From an uncultured Clostridia bacterium (GTDB taxonomy: Bacteria; Bacillota; Clostridia; Oscillospirales; Acutalibacteraceae), in contig CALWDJ010000001.1 in the NCBI GenBank assembly GCA_944376655.1, forward strand, positions 28,767 to 92,766: 64,000 nucleotides of DNA, given 5' to 3'. The translations under genes were made by a program, and so were the position numbers. Below the pieces are notes generated by a model that ran no database searches, was not told where the DNA came from, and saw only the letters and a list, made by a program, of their open reading frames with translations. Of the stretch, positions 16,777-25,547 are shown piece by piece. Position 1 is the stretch's first letter; each line of letters begins with the position of its first letter.

Positions 16777-17485
16777 AACCGATACCGGCCGCGTGAGAAC
16801 CGACAATCAGGACGCGTTTTTTGCAGGACGTATTGCTGACAGTGCGGTGTTCGCGGTTGTATGCGACGGTATGGGCGGGGCTAATGCCGGAAATATTGCC
16901 AGCGAAATAGCAGTGAGACGCATATCCGAGTACATTATAAAATCCTATCGTAAACGTATGGATTCAGATGACCTTGAAAAAATAATCCGTAACGCTATTT
17001 CAAGCGCCAACATAGAGCTGTACGATATGTCGGTGGGCGACGCGGCGCTGTCAGGAATGGGAACAACCGTTGTTGTAGCGCTTGTAAAAAACGATAAAGC
17101 GGTAATCGCACACGTCGGTGACAGCCGGGTTTATATTATCAACGAGACTATTAAACAGCTTACACGTGACCATTCGGTTGTTCAGTCTCTTATTGAAAGC
17201 GGAAAGATAACGCCGGAGGACGCCAAAGTGCATCCGAGAAAAAACATTATAACTCGGGCCCTCGGAGCGGAAGAAAAGGTAGCGGTTGACAGTTCCGTTA
17301 TCAATATTTCAGACGGGGACACATTGCTATTATGTACTGACGGACTTAATAATTATCTTGATGATACTGATATATTAAGTGTTTTTACGGAAAATGACAT
17401 TGCTGACGTACCGGACCGTTTGGTGGAAATGGCCAATAATAACGGCGGCGGCGATAATATAACAGTAGTTACCCTTACCAAGTAA
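16760..17485 (+). CDS. stp: PP2C-family Ser/Thr phosphatase
   Basis: Motifs RTDNQDAF, VCDGMGG, DGL and GGGDNITVV are present. It lies upstream of prkC. Confidence 0.9.
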   Translation: MKIFSKTDTGRVRTDNQDAFFAGRIADSAVFAVVCDGMGGANAGNIASEIAVRRISEYIIKSYRKRMDSDDLEKIIRNAISSANIELYDMSVGDAALSGMGTTVVVALVKNDKAVIAHVGDSRVYIINETIKQLTRDHSVVQSLIESGKITPEDAKVHPRKNIITRALGAEEKVAVDSSVINISDGDTLLLCTDGLNNYLDDTDILSVFTENDIADVPDRLVEMANNNGGGDNITVVTLTK

Positions 17486-17503
17486 GCAGAAAGGAAAAGT
17501 TGT

Positions 17504-19579
17504 ATGGATAAATTTGTTGGAAAACGTCTTGACGGCAGATATGAAATCAAGGAAATAATAGGCGTCGGCGGAATGGCTGTGGTCTATAAAGCCTATGATA
17601 ATCAGGAAAACCGTATTGTTGCTGTCAAAATACTCAAGGAAGAGTTTATTTCTAATGAGGAGTTTGTTCGCCGCTTTAAAAACGAGTCAAAGGCGATAGC
17701 AATGCTTTCTCACCCGAATATTGTCAAGGTTTATGACGTTAGCTTCGGCGACCTTATACAATATATCGTTATGGAATATATCGACGGTATAACCCTTAAA
17801 GAGTATATTGAACGCGAGGGAAGTCTGCGCTGGAAAGATGCCGTGCATTTTACCATTCAGATACTGAAAGGCCTTCAGCACGCTCACGATAAAGGTATAG
17901 TGCACCGCGATGTTAAACCGCAGAATATTATGGTTCTGCCTGACGGTACCATCAAGGTTACGGATTTCGGAATCGCCCGTTTTGCAAGAAGTGAGCAGCG
18001 TACTATTACGGATAAGGCTATCGGATCGGTACATTACATCAGTCCCGAGCAGGCAAGAGGGGAGCGTACCGATGAGAAAACGGATATTTATTCTGTCGGT
18101 GTAATGCTTTATGAAATGCTGACAGGTCAGCTTCCCTTCCAGGCGGAAAGTCCCGTTTCGGTTGCTATTATGCAGCTTCAGCGCGACCCTCAGCTTCCTA
18201 CTGAAATTAACGGTTCCATTCCGCTCGGACTTGAACAGATTACGATGCACGCAATGCAGAAAACTCCGGAGAGACGCTATCAGTCGGCGGCCGAGATGCT
18301 CTGCGATTTGGGACAGTTCAGAAAAGACCCGTCCATTACATTTGATTATTCTTATTTTGTTGACGATTCACCGACAAAATTTGTTCCGAATTCCTTTGAC
18401 TATGACAGCGTTGATGTTCCGGAAGCAGATAATCAGAAGGAAGTTAAGGAAAAGAATAATATGATACCCATTCTCGCGGGTATTGCCGTAACGCTTGTTA
18501 TAGCGATAATTGTGCTTGCCGCTATTTTTGTTCCGAAGCTGCTCTCCGGAACCGGCAGTGAGCTTGAGTGCCCCAATTTTGTCGGAAAAACTCTTGAAGA
18601 AATAAAGGCTAACGAAGAGTATACAAGCAATTTCAATTTTGAGGAAGAATGGCATTCAAACGCCGATTATGCTTACGGATATGTTTACGAACAGTCAAAA
18701 GCCGAGGGTCAGACACTTAAAAAGGGCGCAACGATAACACTTTATGTAAGTAAAGGTCAGTCAACCAAAAAGGTTCCCGACGTATACGGAAAAACCGAGT
18801 CGGCGGCTGTTTCGGAGCTTAAGGCTGCCGGATTCAAGGTGACTACAACCGAGCTTCCGAGCGAGGACGTGCAGAAGGGTCTTGTTATACGCACCGATCC
18901 TCAGCGTACCGAAGTTGTCGCGGAAAATGCTGAGATCACGGTATATGTAAGCAGCGGAGAAACTATAAAGAATGTAGATGTTCCGTCGCTTGTCGGTAAG
19001 AAACAGGATGTTGCCGAAAAAGAGTTAAAAGAGAAGAATCTTGTACCTGAGGTAGAAGAAATTACTCTTACCATTGAGGATAAGTATTATCCGGTAGGAT
19101 ATGTTGTAAAGCAGGAGCCTGATACCGGTTCTTCACAGATACCTGAGGGCTCAACGGTGAAAATTTATGTGAGCAACGGTGTATCGCTTGATATATCGAT
19201 TGAGCTTCCGGATAAATTTCCGAGCGGAGCATTCTACTTCTCGCTGTGGGATGACGATCCTTTAAAAGAAGGAAGTTATATGATCGTCGAAAGCAAAAAG
19301 ACGAGTGTATCGTCGGGAACAAGAGAGTTTGTTTTTGAAAATGTCGTTTCAAAAGAAGAGTCTGTGACATATGTGTTCGCAATCTCAAGTGACCAGAAAG
19401 ATTTTTACAAGGTTTCAAGAATTACGGTTAATTTCATGACCGGAAGACCTCGGGTTGACCGGGAGTATTTCGATTATCAGCAGATAGAGGGAGACAGCTC
19501 AGATTCCTCTTCAGATGATTCGTCCGGTGACAGCTCAGGTGACAGCTCAGGCGACAGCTCTGATTCCTCTAATCAATAA
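17504..19579 (+). CDS. prkC: Ser/Thr protein kinase with three PASTA repeats, a C-terminal domain and a Ser/Asp tail
   Basis: Kinase motifs are GVGGMAVVYKA, HRDVKPQN, DFG and SPEQ. One TM follows, then three PASTA-like repeats (CPNFVGK, VPDVYGK, VPSLVGK). Confidence 0.93.
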   Translation: MDKFVGKRLDGRYEIKEIIGVGGMAVVYKAYDNQENRIVAVKILKEEFISNEEFVRRFKNESKAIAMLSHPNIVKVYDVSFGDLIQYIVMEYIDGITLKEYIEREGSLRWKDAVHFTIQILKGLQHAHDKGIVHRDVKPQNIMVLPDGTIKVTDFGIARFARSEQRTITDKAIGSVHYISPEQARGERTDEKTDIYSVGVMLYEMLTGQLPFQAESPVSVAIMQLQRDPQLPTEINGSIPLGLEQITMHAMQKTPERRYQSAAEMLCDLGQFRKDPSITFDYSYFVDDSPTKFVPNSFDYDSVDVPEADNQKEVKEKNNMIPILAGIAVTLVIAIIVLAAIFVPKLLSGTGSELECPNFVGKTLEEIKANEEYTSNFNFEEEWHSNADYAYGYVYEQSKAEGQTLKKGATITLYVSKGQSTKKVPDVYGKTESAAVSELKAAGFKVTTTELPSEDVQKGLVIRTDPQRTEVVAENAEITVYVSSGETIKNVDVPSLVGKKQDVAEKELKEKNLVPEVEEITLTIEDKYYPVGYVVKQEPDTGSSQIPEGSTVKIYVSNGVSLDISIELPDKFPSGAFYFSLWDDDPLKEGSYMIVESKKTSVSSGTREFVFENVVSKEESVTYVFAISSDQKDFYKVSRITVNFMTGRPRVDREYFDYQQIEGDSSDSSSDDSSGDSSGDSSGDSSDSSNQ

Positions 19580-20466
19580 TGGAAGGAATTATTATCAAAG
19601 CGCTTTCAGGTTTCTATTATGTATCTGACGGCGAAAAGACTTATGAGTGCAAGGCAAGGGGAAACTTCCGCAACAGCGGAGTTTCCCCTTTGGTCGGAGA
19701 CCGTGTTGTATTTGAGCCGGTCGATGAGACGGAAGGGATAATCAATACCGTTCTGCCGCGCAAAAACGGACTTTTTCGCCCTCCCGTAGCGAATATTGAC
19801 CGGCTATACATCGTTTCGGCGCTTGAAAATCCCGCTCCGAACGAATTTCTGATCGATAAAACCGCCGCATTCGCGGAGTACCGCGGCATCGAACCGGTGA
19901 TAGTGTTCAACAAATGCGATATGGGTGATTTCAGCCGTTTTGAAGAAATATACAAAAACGCCGGATTTGAGGTTTATACCGTTTCGGCGCTGACAGGCGA
20001 GGGGACAGAACAGCTGCGTCTGTCTCTTGCCGGAAAAGTCAGCGCGTTCTGCGGTAATTCGGGTGTCGGTAAATCAAGTATTCTAAACCTGCTTTTCGGC
20101 GAGGAGAAACTCGAAACGGGCGAGGTGAGCAGTAAGCTCGGAAGAGGAAAACATACCACGCGACATACCGAGCTTTACGCGCTGCCGTCAGGCGGCTTTG
20201 TGGCTGATACGCCCGGTTTTTCCGATCTTGAGACCTATGGCGGCGACTATGAGTTTAAAGAAAATCTAATAGGCTGTTTCCGTGATTTAAAAAAATATGC
20301 CGGTTTATGTAAATTTTCGGACTGCACACACATTTGCGAAAAGGGCTGCGCGGTAATTGATGCGCTGAACAGCGGACTGCTTGAGCCTACCCGCTATGAG
20401 TCATATGCTGCTTTATTTAATGAATTAAAAGATTTAAAGCCCTGGAACGGCAAAAAAAGAAAATAA
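19579..20466 (+). CDS. rsgA: Ribosome small-subunit-dependent GTPase A
   Basis: It shows the circularly permuted GTPase motifs NKCD then GNSGVGKSS. The zinc motif is CKFSDCTHICEKGC. Confidence 0.92.
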   Translation: MEGIIIKALSGFYYVSDGEKTYECKARGNFRNSGVSPLVGDRVVFEPVDETEGIINTVLPRKNGLFRPPVANIDRLYIVSALENPAPNEFLIDKTAAFAEYRGIEPVIVFNKCDMGDFSRFEEIYKNAGFEVYTVSALTGEGTEQLRLSLAGKVSAFCGNSGVGKSSILNLLFGEEKLETGEVSSKLGRGKHTTRHTELYALPSGGFVADTPGFSDLETYGGDYEFKENLIGCFRDLKKYAGLCKFSDCTHICEKGCAVIDALNSGLLEPTRYESYAALFNELKDLKPWNGKKRK

Positions 20467-20527
20467 TTGTAACTTTTTTATTTTTCCTCAATATACTGTA
20501 ATGTAGACAGGATAAGGAGGAAAAATA

Positions 20528-20677
20528 ATGCGAAAACGTTTTAACTGCAATAAGGGTGCGATAGGTCTTACTTTTGCCTGCGGTCTTTTGATAAGCTGCT
20601 TTCTTCCTCCAAAATGTCTTGTCGCGATTCTCGCGGTATGGGTTATCATACTCGGTTTTTCGTCTTGGAGATGCTGA
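20528..20677 (+). CDS. Unannotated 49-aa Cys-rich double-TM micro-protein
   Basis: An AGGAGG RBS lies 7 nt before the ATG. The product is MRKRFNCNKGAIGLTFACGLLISCFLPPKCLVAILAVWVIILGFSSWRC. It is below the ORF-track size cutoff. Confidence 0.45.
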   Translation: MRKRFNCNKGAIGLTFACGLLISCFLPPKCLVAILAVWVIILGFSSWRC

Positions 20678-20700
20678 TTATTTATTCGGGAGGAAAATAT

Positions 20701-20784
20701 ATGAAAGTTGTACTTATAAAAAGTCCGAAGCTGTTAAGCGGAATTTTAAGAATGATATTCGGTATAAAAAAACAGAACATTTAA
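20701..20784 (+). CDS. spoVM: SpoVM-like 27-aa sporulation peptide
   Basis: MKVVLIKSPKLLSGILRMIFGIKKQNI aligns with B. subtilis SpoVM MKFYTIKLPKFLGGIVRAMLGSFRKD. A GGGAGG RBS is present. The position downstream of rsgA is the same as in Bacillus. Confidence 0.7.
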   Translation: MKVVLIKSPKLLSGILRMIFGIKKQNI

Positions 20785-20792
20785 TTTTCCAT

Positions 20793-20835
20793 AAAAAAAG
20801 CGGAGCTGTGTTTTGGTACAGCTCCGCTTTTTTTT
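20793..20835. terminator. Bidirectional terminator between spoVM and nif3
   Basis: AGCGGAGCTGT / ACAGCTCCGCT forms an 11-bp stem, flanked by A6 upstream and T7 downstream. Confidence 0.8.
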
Positions 20836-21583
20836 ACTCATATTTAATTCCGCTTGTGTGGTCGGTAAAAAATTCAATATTTTTAAAATGTTCGCACAGC
20901 ATATCATTAAGCCTGTTTATTACAATGTCTTCCGTCTCAAAATGTCCCGCGTCAAAAACAGACTTGCCGAGTCTTGCGGCATCAATAAAAACATTGTGCT
21001 TAACGTCAGCTGTAATAAGCGCGTCACAACCGGAGCGTATAAGCTCTGTAAAGTACGACCCGCTGCTTCCGGAACAAACAAGTACACGGCTTATATTCTT
21101 ATTGCCTGAGGAGTATTTTATATGTCCTCCGAGCTTTTCCTTAATATATCCGGCGAGCTGTTCGGGCGTCATTTGAACCGGTAAAAGGCCTGTATTAAGC
21201 GGGAAACCGTCGTCCGCTGAATATTTTTCGGTATTCTTAAGCCCGAGTACCTCGCACAGCGTATCGTTTACGCCGCCTTTTCCTATATCAAGGTTTGTGT
21301 GCATCGATATTACCGATATACCGTTTTTAATAAGCCGGTAAACGGGGGAATCGGAAAGCACATTTTTAAGAGGCTCAAAAATAACGGGATGATGTGTAAT
21401 AATCAGCTGACATCTGTTTTCCACAGCTTTTTCTATGGCGCTGTCGGTACAGTCAAGAGAAATAACCGCCCTTTGAACCTCTGCCGACTTATCACCGACA
21501 AGTATCCCCGGATTGTCAAAATCGCAGGCGGTATTTACCGGATAAAGTGAATTGAGATAATCAAAAATATCATTAACCGTCAT
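20834..21583 (-). CDS. Nif3-like dinuclear metal centre protein (GTP cyclohydrolase 1 type 2 homologue)
   Basis: It has QLIITHHP, HTNLD and a C-terminal GHFETE, which are typical NIF3/YqfO motifs. Confidence 0.85.
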   Translation of the reverse strand: MTVNDIFDYLNSLYPVNTACDFDNPGILVGDKSAEVQRAVISLDCTDSAIEKAVENRCQLIITHHPVIFEPLKNVLSDSPVYRLIKNGISVISMHTNLDIGKGGVNDTLCEVLGLKNTEKYSADDGFPLNTGLLPVQMTPEQLAGYIKEKLGGHIKYSSGNKNISRVLVCSGSSGSYFTELIRSGCDALITADVKHNVFIDAARLGKSVFDAGHFETEDIVINRLNDMLCEHFKNIEFFTDHTSGIKYE

Positions 21584-21586
21584 AAT

Positions 21587-23272
21587 TTATGCCTTTTTCG
21601 CGAATGAGTCCTTAAGGGCTACCGTGCGGTTGAAGACCGGCATATCGGCAGTGCTGTCGGGGTCAACGCAGAAATATCCCTGCCGCATAAACTGGAAGGT
21701 CTGACCCGGCTTCAAATCCGAAAGCGACTTATCCAGCTTGCAGCCTGTAAGAACAGTAAGTGAATCGGGATTGAGGTTATCCGCGAAAGAGGAAACGCCT
21801 TCCTCGTCACTCGGATTAGGAACATTGAAAAGACGGTCATAAAGGCGAAGCTCAGCGTCAATACAATTCTGCGCGCTGACCCAGTGGAGTGTTCCCTTGA
21901 CCTTTCTGCCGTCCGGAGTTTCACCGCCGAAGCTGTCAGGGTCGTATGTGCAGTGGACGACCGAAAGATTGCCGTTCTCGTCACATTCGTGCGAAGCGTA
22001 TTTTATAAAGTACGCGCCCTTGAGCCTTACCTCTTTGGCAGGGCAGAGCCTGAAATATTTTCCCGGAGGGTCAAGCATAAAATCGTCCTGCTCGATGTAT
22101 ATTTCCCGGGAAAAAATAACGCTTCGTTTGCCGAGCTCCGGCTTCGCTGGATTTATATCAATTCCTATTTCCTCGGTTTTACCTTCGGGATAATTGTCTA
22201 TCACGACCTTGAGCGGTCTTAAAACCGCCATAGCGCGTTCGGCGTTTTCGTTAAGATAATCGCGTACGCAGGATTCAAGCAAAGCGTAGTCAATAACACT
22301 GTACGCTTTTGAAACACCAATTTTATCAACAAACTCACGGATAGCCGGGGCGGGGTATCCGCGTCTTCTCATTCCGCAGATAGTAGCCATACGGGGGTCG
22401 TCCCATCCGGAAACAAGTCCGTCATTGACGAGCTTCAGGCATTTGCGCTTACTGGTAAGAGTGTAATTGACATTCATACGTGCAAATTCTATCTGCCTCG
22501 GAGGCTCCGGTATTTCTAGCACCTCAAGGAACCAGTTGTAAAGCGGACGGTGATTCTCAAACTCAAGAGAGCAAAGGGAATGAGTTACACCCTCTTTTGC
22601 GTCGCTGAGCGGGTGAGCGAAATCATACATGGGATATACGCACCACTTGTCGCCGGTTCGGTGATGAGTGGCTTTCATAATACGGTAAATAATCGGATCA
22701 CGCATATTGAGATTTGACGACGTCATATCGATTTTAGCCCTCAGCACCATAGCGCCGTTTTCAAATTCGCCGTCGGTCATTCTGCGGAAAAGCTCTTTAG
22801 TTTCCGATACAGGTCTGTTGCGGTAAGGACTTTCTTTACCGGGTTCCGTAAGTGTTCCGCGCATTTCGCGTATTTCGTCGGCAGAGCTTTCATCAACATA
22901 GGCAAGGCCCTTATCAATCAGCTTCAGCGCGCATTCGTACAGAAAATCAAAATAATCAGATGCGAAATATACATTGTCCCAGTGAAATCCGAGCCACTTT
23001 ATGTCTTCCTTTATGGCGTCAATATATTCCACGTCTTCCTTTACTGGATTTGTATCGTCAAAACGCAGATTGCATACACCGCCGTATTTCTCGGCTGTGG
23101 CAAAATCTATTGTAATTGCTTTGGCGTGGCCTATGTGAAGATATCCGTTCGGTTCTGGCGGGAAGCGGGTCTGAACATGGGTATAAACTCCCTCTTTTAA
23201 ATCCTCGTCAATAAAATCCTGTATAAAGTTGGAGGAAACTGCATTTTCCTCCGGTTTAATATTTTCAGACAT
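21587..23272 (-). CDS. glnS: Glutaminyl-tRNA synthetase
   Basis: The class I motifs are HIGH (GYLHIGHAKA) and an LTSKRK (VMSKRK-like) loop. The GlnRS-type C-terminal beta-barrel region has WCVYPMYDFAH. Confidence 0.88.
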   Translation of the reverse strand: MSENIKPEENAVSSNFIQDFIDEDLKEGVYTHVQTRFPPEPNGYLHIGHAKAITIDFATAEKYGGVCNLRFDDTNPVKEDVEYIDAIKEDIKWLGFHWDNVYFASDYFDFLYECALKLIDKGLAYVDESSADEIREMRGTLTEPGKESPYRNRPVSETKELFRRMTDGEFENGAMVLRAKIDMTSSNLNMRDPIIYRIMKATHHRTGDKWCVYPMYDFAHPLSDAKEGVTHSLCSLEFENHRPLYNWFLEVLEIPEPPRQIEFARMNVNYTLTSKRKCLKLVNDGLVSGWDDPRMATICGMRRRGYPAPAIREFVDKIGVSKAYSVIDYALLESCVRDYLNENAERAMAVLRPLKVVIDNYPEGKTEEIGIDINPAKPELGKRSVIFSREIYIEQDDFMLDPPGKYFRLCPAKEVRLKGAYFIKYASHECDENGNLSVVHCTYDPDSFGGETPDGRKVKGTLHWVSAQNCIDAELRLYDRLFNVPNPSDEEGVSSFADNLNPDSLTVLTGCKLDKSLSDLKPGQTFQFMRQGYFCVDPDSTADMPVFNRTVALKDSFAKKA

Positions 23273-23287
23273 TATATATATTGCTCC

Positions 23288-24940
23288 TTAAAGTGAATTT
23301 AACGCTTCGTCTATACGGGATATGCAGCGCTCTTTGCCCAGTACCCGCATAATGCTGCAAAGATCCGGCGTATTCCTTCTTCCGGTAACCGCAATTCTGA
23401 GTACAGTGCTTAAATCTCCCGCGTGCCCTTTGAATTTGTCAGGCTCTGCCTTGTATTCCTTTGTCTCGGAAGCAAAACCTATTTCCGGTGCAATGGCTTT
23501 GATTTTATCAAACCATAGCTGTCTGTCGTCAGAAGGATCATATACTTCCTTGTATTTCTGAAGAAAGAGCTTTGCGTCGGCAGGGGAGATGTTTTCGGGA
23601 AGTGAAAAATCCTTTTTATACAGACTGTCAAAGAAATATGAGAAATAATCTTTAGCCTCGTTCCATTTCGCGATATCCTTGCGTGGCTTAGGCACATCGC
23701 GGTCGATTGAAAGAACCGCCCTTGTATATTCGGGATTTTCTGTCAGAACAGCGCAGAATTCCGGATCAAATTCTTTCGCCCAATTAGTCAGTTTATCGTA
23801 AACGCACGCGCTGTCAAAGCCTGATACAACAGTTTTGGCGACATTGTTCAGCTTGTCCGAATCGAACAAAGCACCTGAAACACTCATTTTTTTCAAATTG
23901 AATTTAAAGTCTTTGTATGATTTATCCGGGTTTGCCTTGCGCCAGTCCTCAAAGTCGGAAGCGGCAACGGTCATAAGGTATTCTATGACACTTTCGCTGT
24001 CATATCCCTCTTCCGCAAAAAAATGAACCGCTGCTTCAGGATCTTTACGCTTTGAAATTTTACGCTTGGCGCCGCCGTCGAGCTTCATAATGGGAGCAAT
24101 GTGTCCGTACTCAGGCGGCCTAAAGCCGAGCAGCTTAAAAAGCTGTATATGCTTCGGAACAGAGGATATCCACTCATCACCTCGGAGAACATGGGTTGTT
24201 CTCATAAGATGATCGTCTACGGCGTGGGCAAAGTGGTATGTCGGTATACCGTCAGACTTAAGAATAACAAAATCCTCGTCGTTCTCGGGCATCTCTATTT
24301 TGCCCTTTATACAATCGTCAAAAACAACCGTGTTTTCCTCGCTGCCGGGTGATTTAAGACGTATAACATAAGGCTTTCCGCTGTCAATAAGCTCTTTCGC
24401 CTCATCAAAGGTTATATTTCTGTGCTTTGCCCATTCTCCGTGATAGCCGGTTCGGATTTTTCGGTCTTCCTGTATTTTTCTTACCTCGTCAAGCTCTTCG
24501 GCTGTGCAGAAGCACGGATAGGCAAGTCCCTGACGGATAAGCTCTTTAACGTAGGTCTGATAAATTTCCGCACGCTGGCTCTGCTTGTAGGGACCGTAAT
24601 TCCCGCTCTGCTCGTCTGCGCCTGTAAAGCCTTCGTCAATTGCTATGCCGAATCTTCCGAGCCCGTCAATTATATCCGCGATTCCGCCTTCAATCTCTCG
24701 CTTTTTGTCTGTATCCTCAATTCTGGTATAAAAAATACCTCCTGAAGATGTAGCTGTTATACGGTTGACAAGAGCGGCAAAAAGAGTACCCAGATGAAGA
24801 TATCCTGTCGGACTCGGGGCGATTCTCGTGACCCGCGCGCCTTCCTTTAAATTTCTTTCCGGATAAAGACTTTCGTAATAATCCGGAGTTTTATTTATGG
24901 AAGGGAGCAGCAGCTCCGCCATTTTATCATTGTTGTTCAT
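23288..24940 (-). CDS. gltX: Glutamyl-tRNA synthetase (long, ~550 aa form)
   Basis: Motifs are PSPTGYLHLGT and KISKRK, with an extended C-terminal anticodon-binding region. Confidence 0.88.
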   Translation of the reverse strand: MNNNDKMAELLLPSINKTPDYYESLYPERNLKEGARVTRIAPSPTGYLHLGTLFAALVNRITATSSGGIFYTRIEDTDKKREIEGGIADIIDGLGRFGIAIDEGFTGADEQSGNYGPYKQSQRAEIYQTYVKELIRQGLAYPCFCTAEELDEVRKIQEDRKIRTGYHGEWAKHRNITFDEAKELIDSGKPYVIRLKSPGSEENTVVFDDCIKGKIEMPENDEDFVILKSDGIPTYHFAHAVDDHLMRTTHVLRGDEWISSVPKHIQLFKLLGFRPPEYGHIAPIMKLDGGAKRKISKRKDPEAAVHFFAEEGYDSESVIEYLMTVAASDFEDWRKANPDKSYKDFKFNLKKMSVSGALFDSDKLNNVAKTVVSGFDSACVYDKLTNWAKEFDPEFCAVLTENPEYTRAVLSIDRDVPKPRKDIAKWNEAKDYFSYFFDSLYKKDFSLPENISPADAKLFLQKYKEVYDPSDDRQLWFDKIKAIAPEIGFASETKEYKAEPDKFKGHAGDLSTVLRIAVTGRRNTPDLCSIMRVLGKERCISRIDEALNSL

Positions 24941-24959
24941 CAGTCTCTCCTCAAAAAAA

Positions 24960-25415
24960 TCAATCGTTTTCGAGCAGCTTGTTCAGCTCGTGCATAAAGG
25001 TATTTATATCCTTGAACTGGCGGTAGACGGAAGCAAAACGGACATAAGCCACCTCATCAATCTTTTTCAGCTTTTCCATAACAAGCTGACCGATTTTTTC
25101 GCTGCTGACCTCACGGTCAAGCGAATTCTGAAGTACGCTTTCTATCTCGTCAATCATTTTATCAAGCGTGTCAATAGAAACCGGACGCTTTTCACAGGCG
25201 CGCAGCAGGCCGGTCATCAGCTTGTCACGGTTGAAGGCTTCGCGTGACTTATCCTTTTTAATTACTATTATCGGAAGACTTTCAATAATTTCATAGGTGG
25301 TAAATCTTTTCGCGCACTGAAGACACTCGCGGCGGCGGCGGATACGCTGACCCTCGTCGGTCGGTCTCGAGTCTATGACTTTGCTTTCTTCAAAGCCGCA
25401 GAAGGGGCATTTCAT
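24960..25415 (-). CDS. nrdR: Transcriptional repressor NrdR
   Basis: The zinc ribbon is MKCPFCG...CLQC, followed by an ATP-cone (RFASVYRQF). Confidence 0.93.
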   Translation of the reverse strand: MKCPFCGFEESKVIDSRPTDEGQRIRRRRECLQCAKRFTTYEIIESLPIIVIKKDKSREAFNRDKLMTGLLRACEKRPVSIDTLDKMIDEIESVLQNSLDREVSSEKIGQLVMEKLKKIDEVAYVRFASVYRQFKDINTFMHELNKLLEND

Positions 25416-25460
25416 GGTTATTTCTCCTTTAATTAAAAATATTTAAGTATTTCTAAAAAT

Positions 25461-25499
25461 TACTTGTATTATACTATATATTGTAGTAAAATACAAGTA
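25461..25499. promoter_or_regulatory. 39-bp palindromic element carrying two face-to-face overlapping promoters and an NrdR-box-like core
   Basis: The perfect 10-bp arms are TACTTGTATT and AATACAAGTA. The plus strand reads TTGTAT-17-TAAAAT, and the minus strand reads TTGTAT-17-TATAAT. The core is ATACTATATATTGTAG. Confidence 0.5.
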
Positions 25500-25547
25500 T
25501 TAAAAATGGGGGAAACCCTTTTAAATACAGTGTTAAGGAGAGATACT

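Noticed and set aside
20619-21176. A 185-aa plus-strand ORF spanning the spoVM region and the nif3 3' end.
   Set aside because: It reads through a strong bidirectional terminator and is antisense to nif3. The region is better explained by the two RBS-preceded micro-ORFs and nif3.
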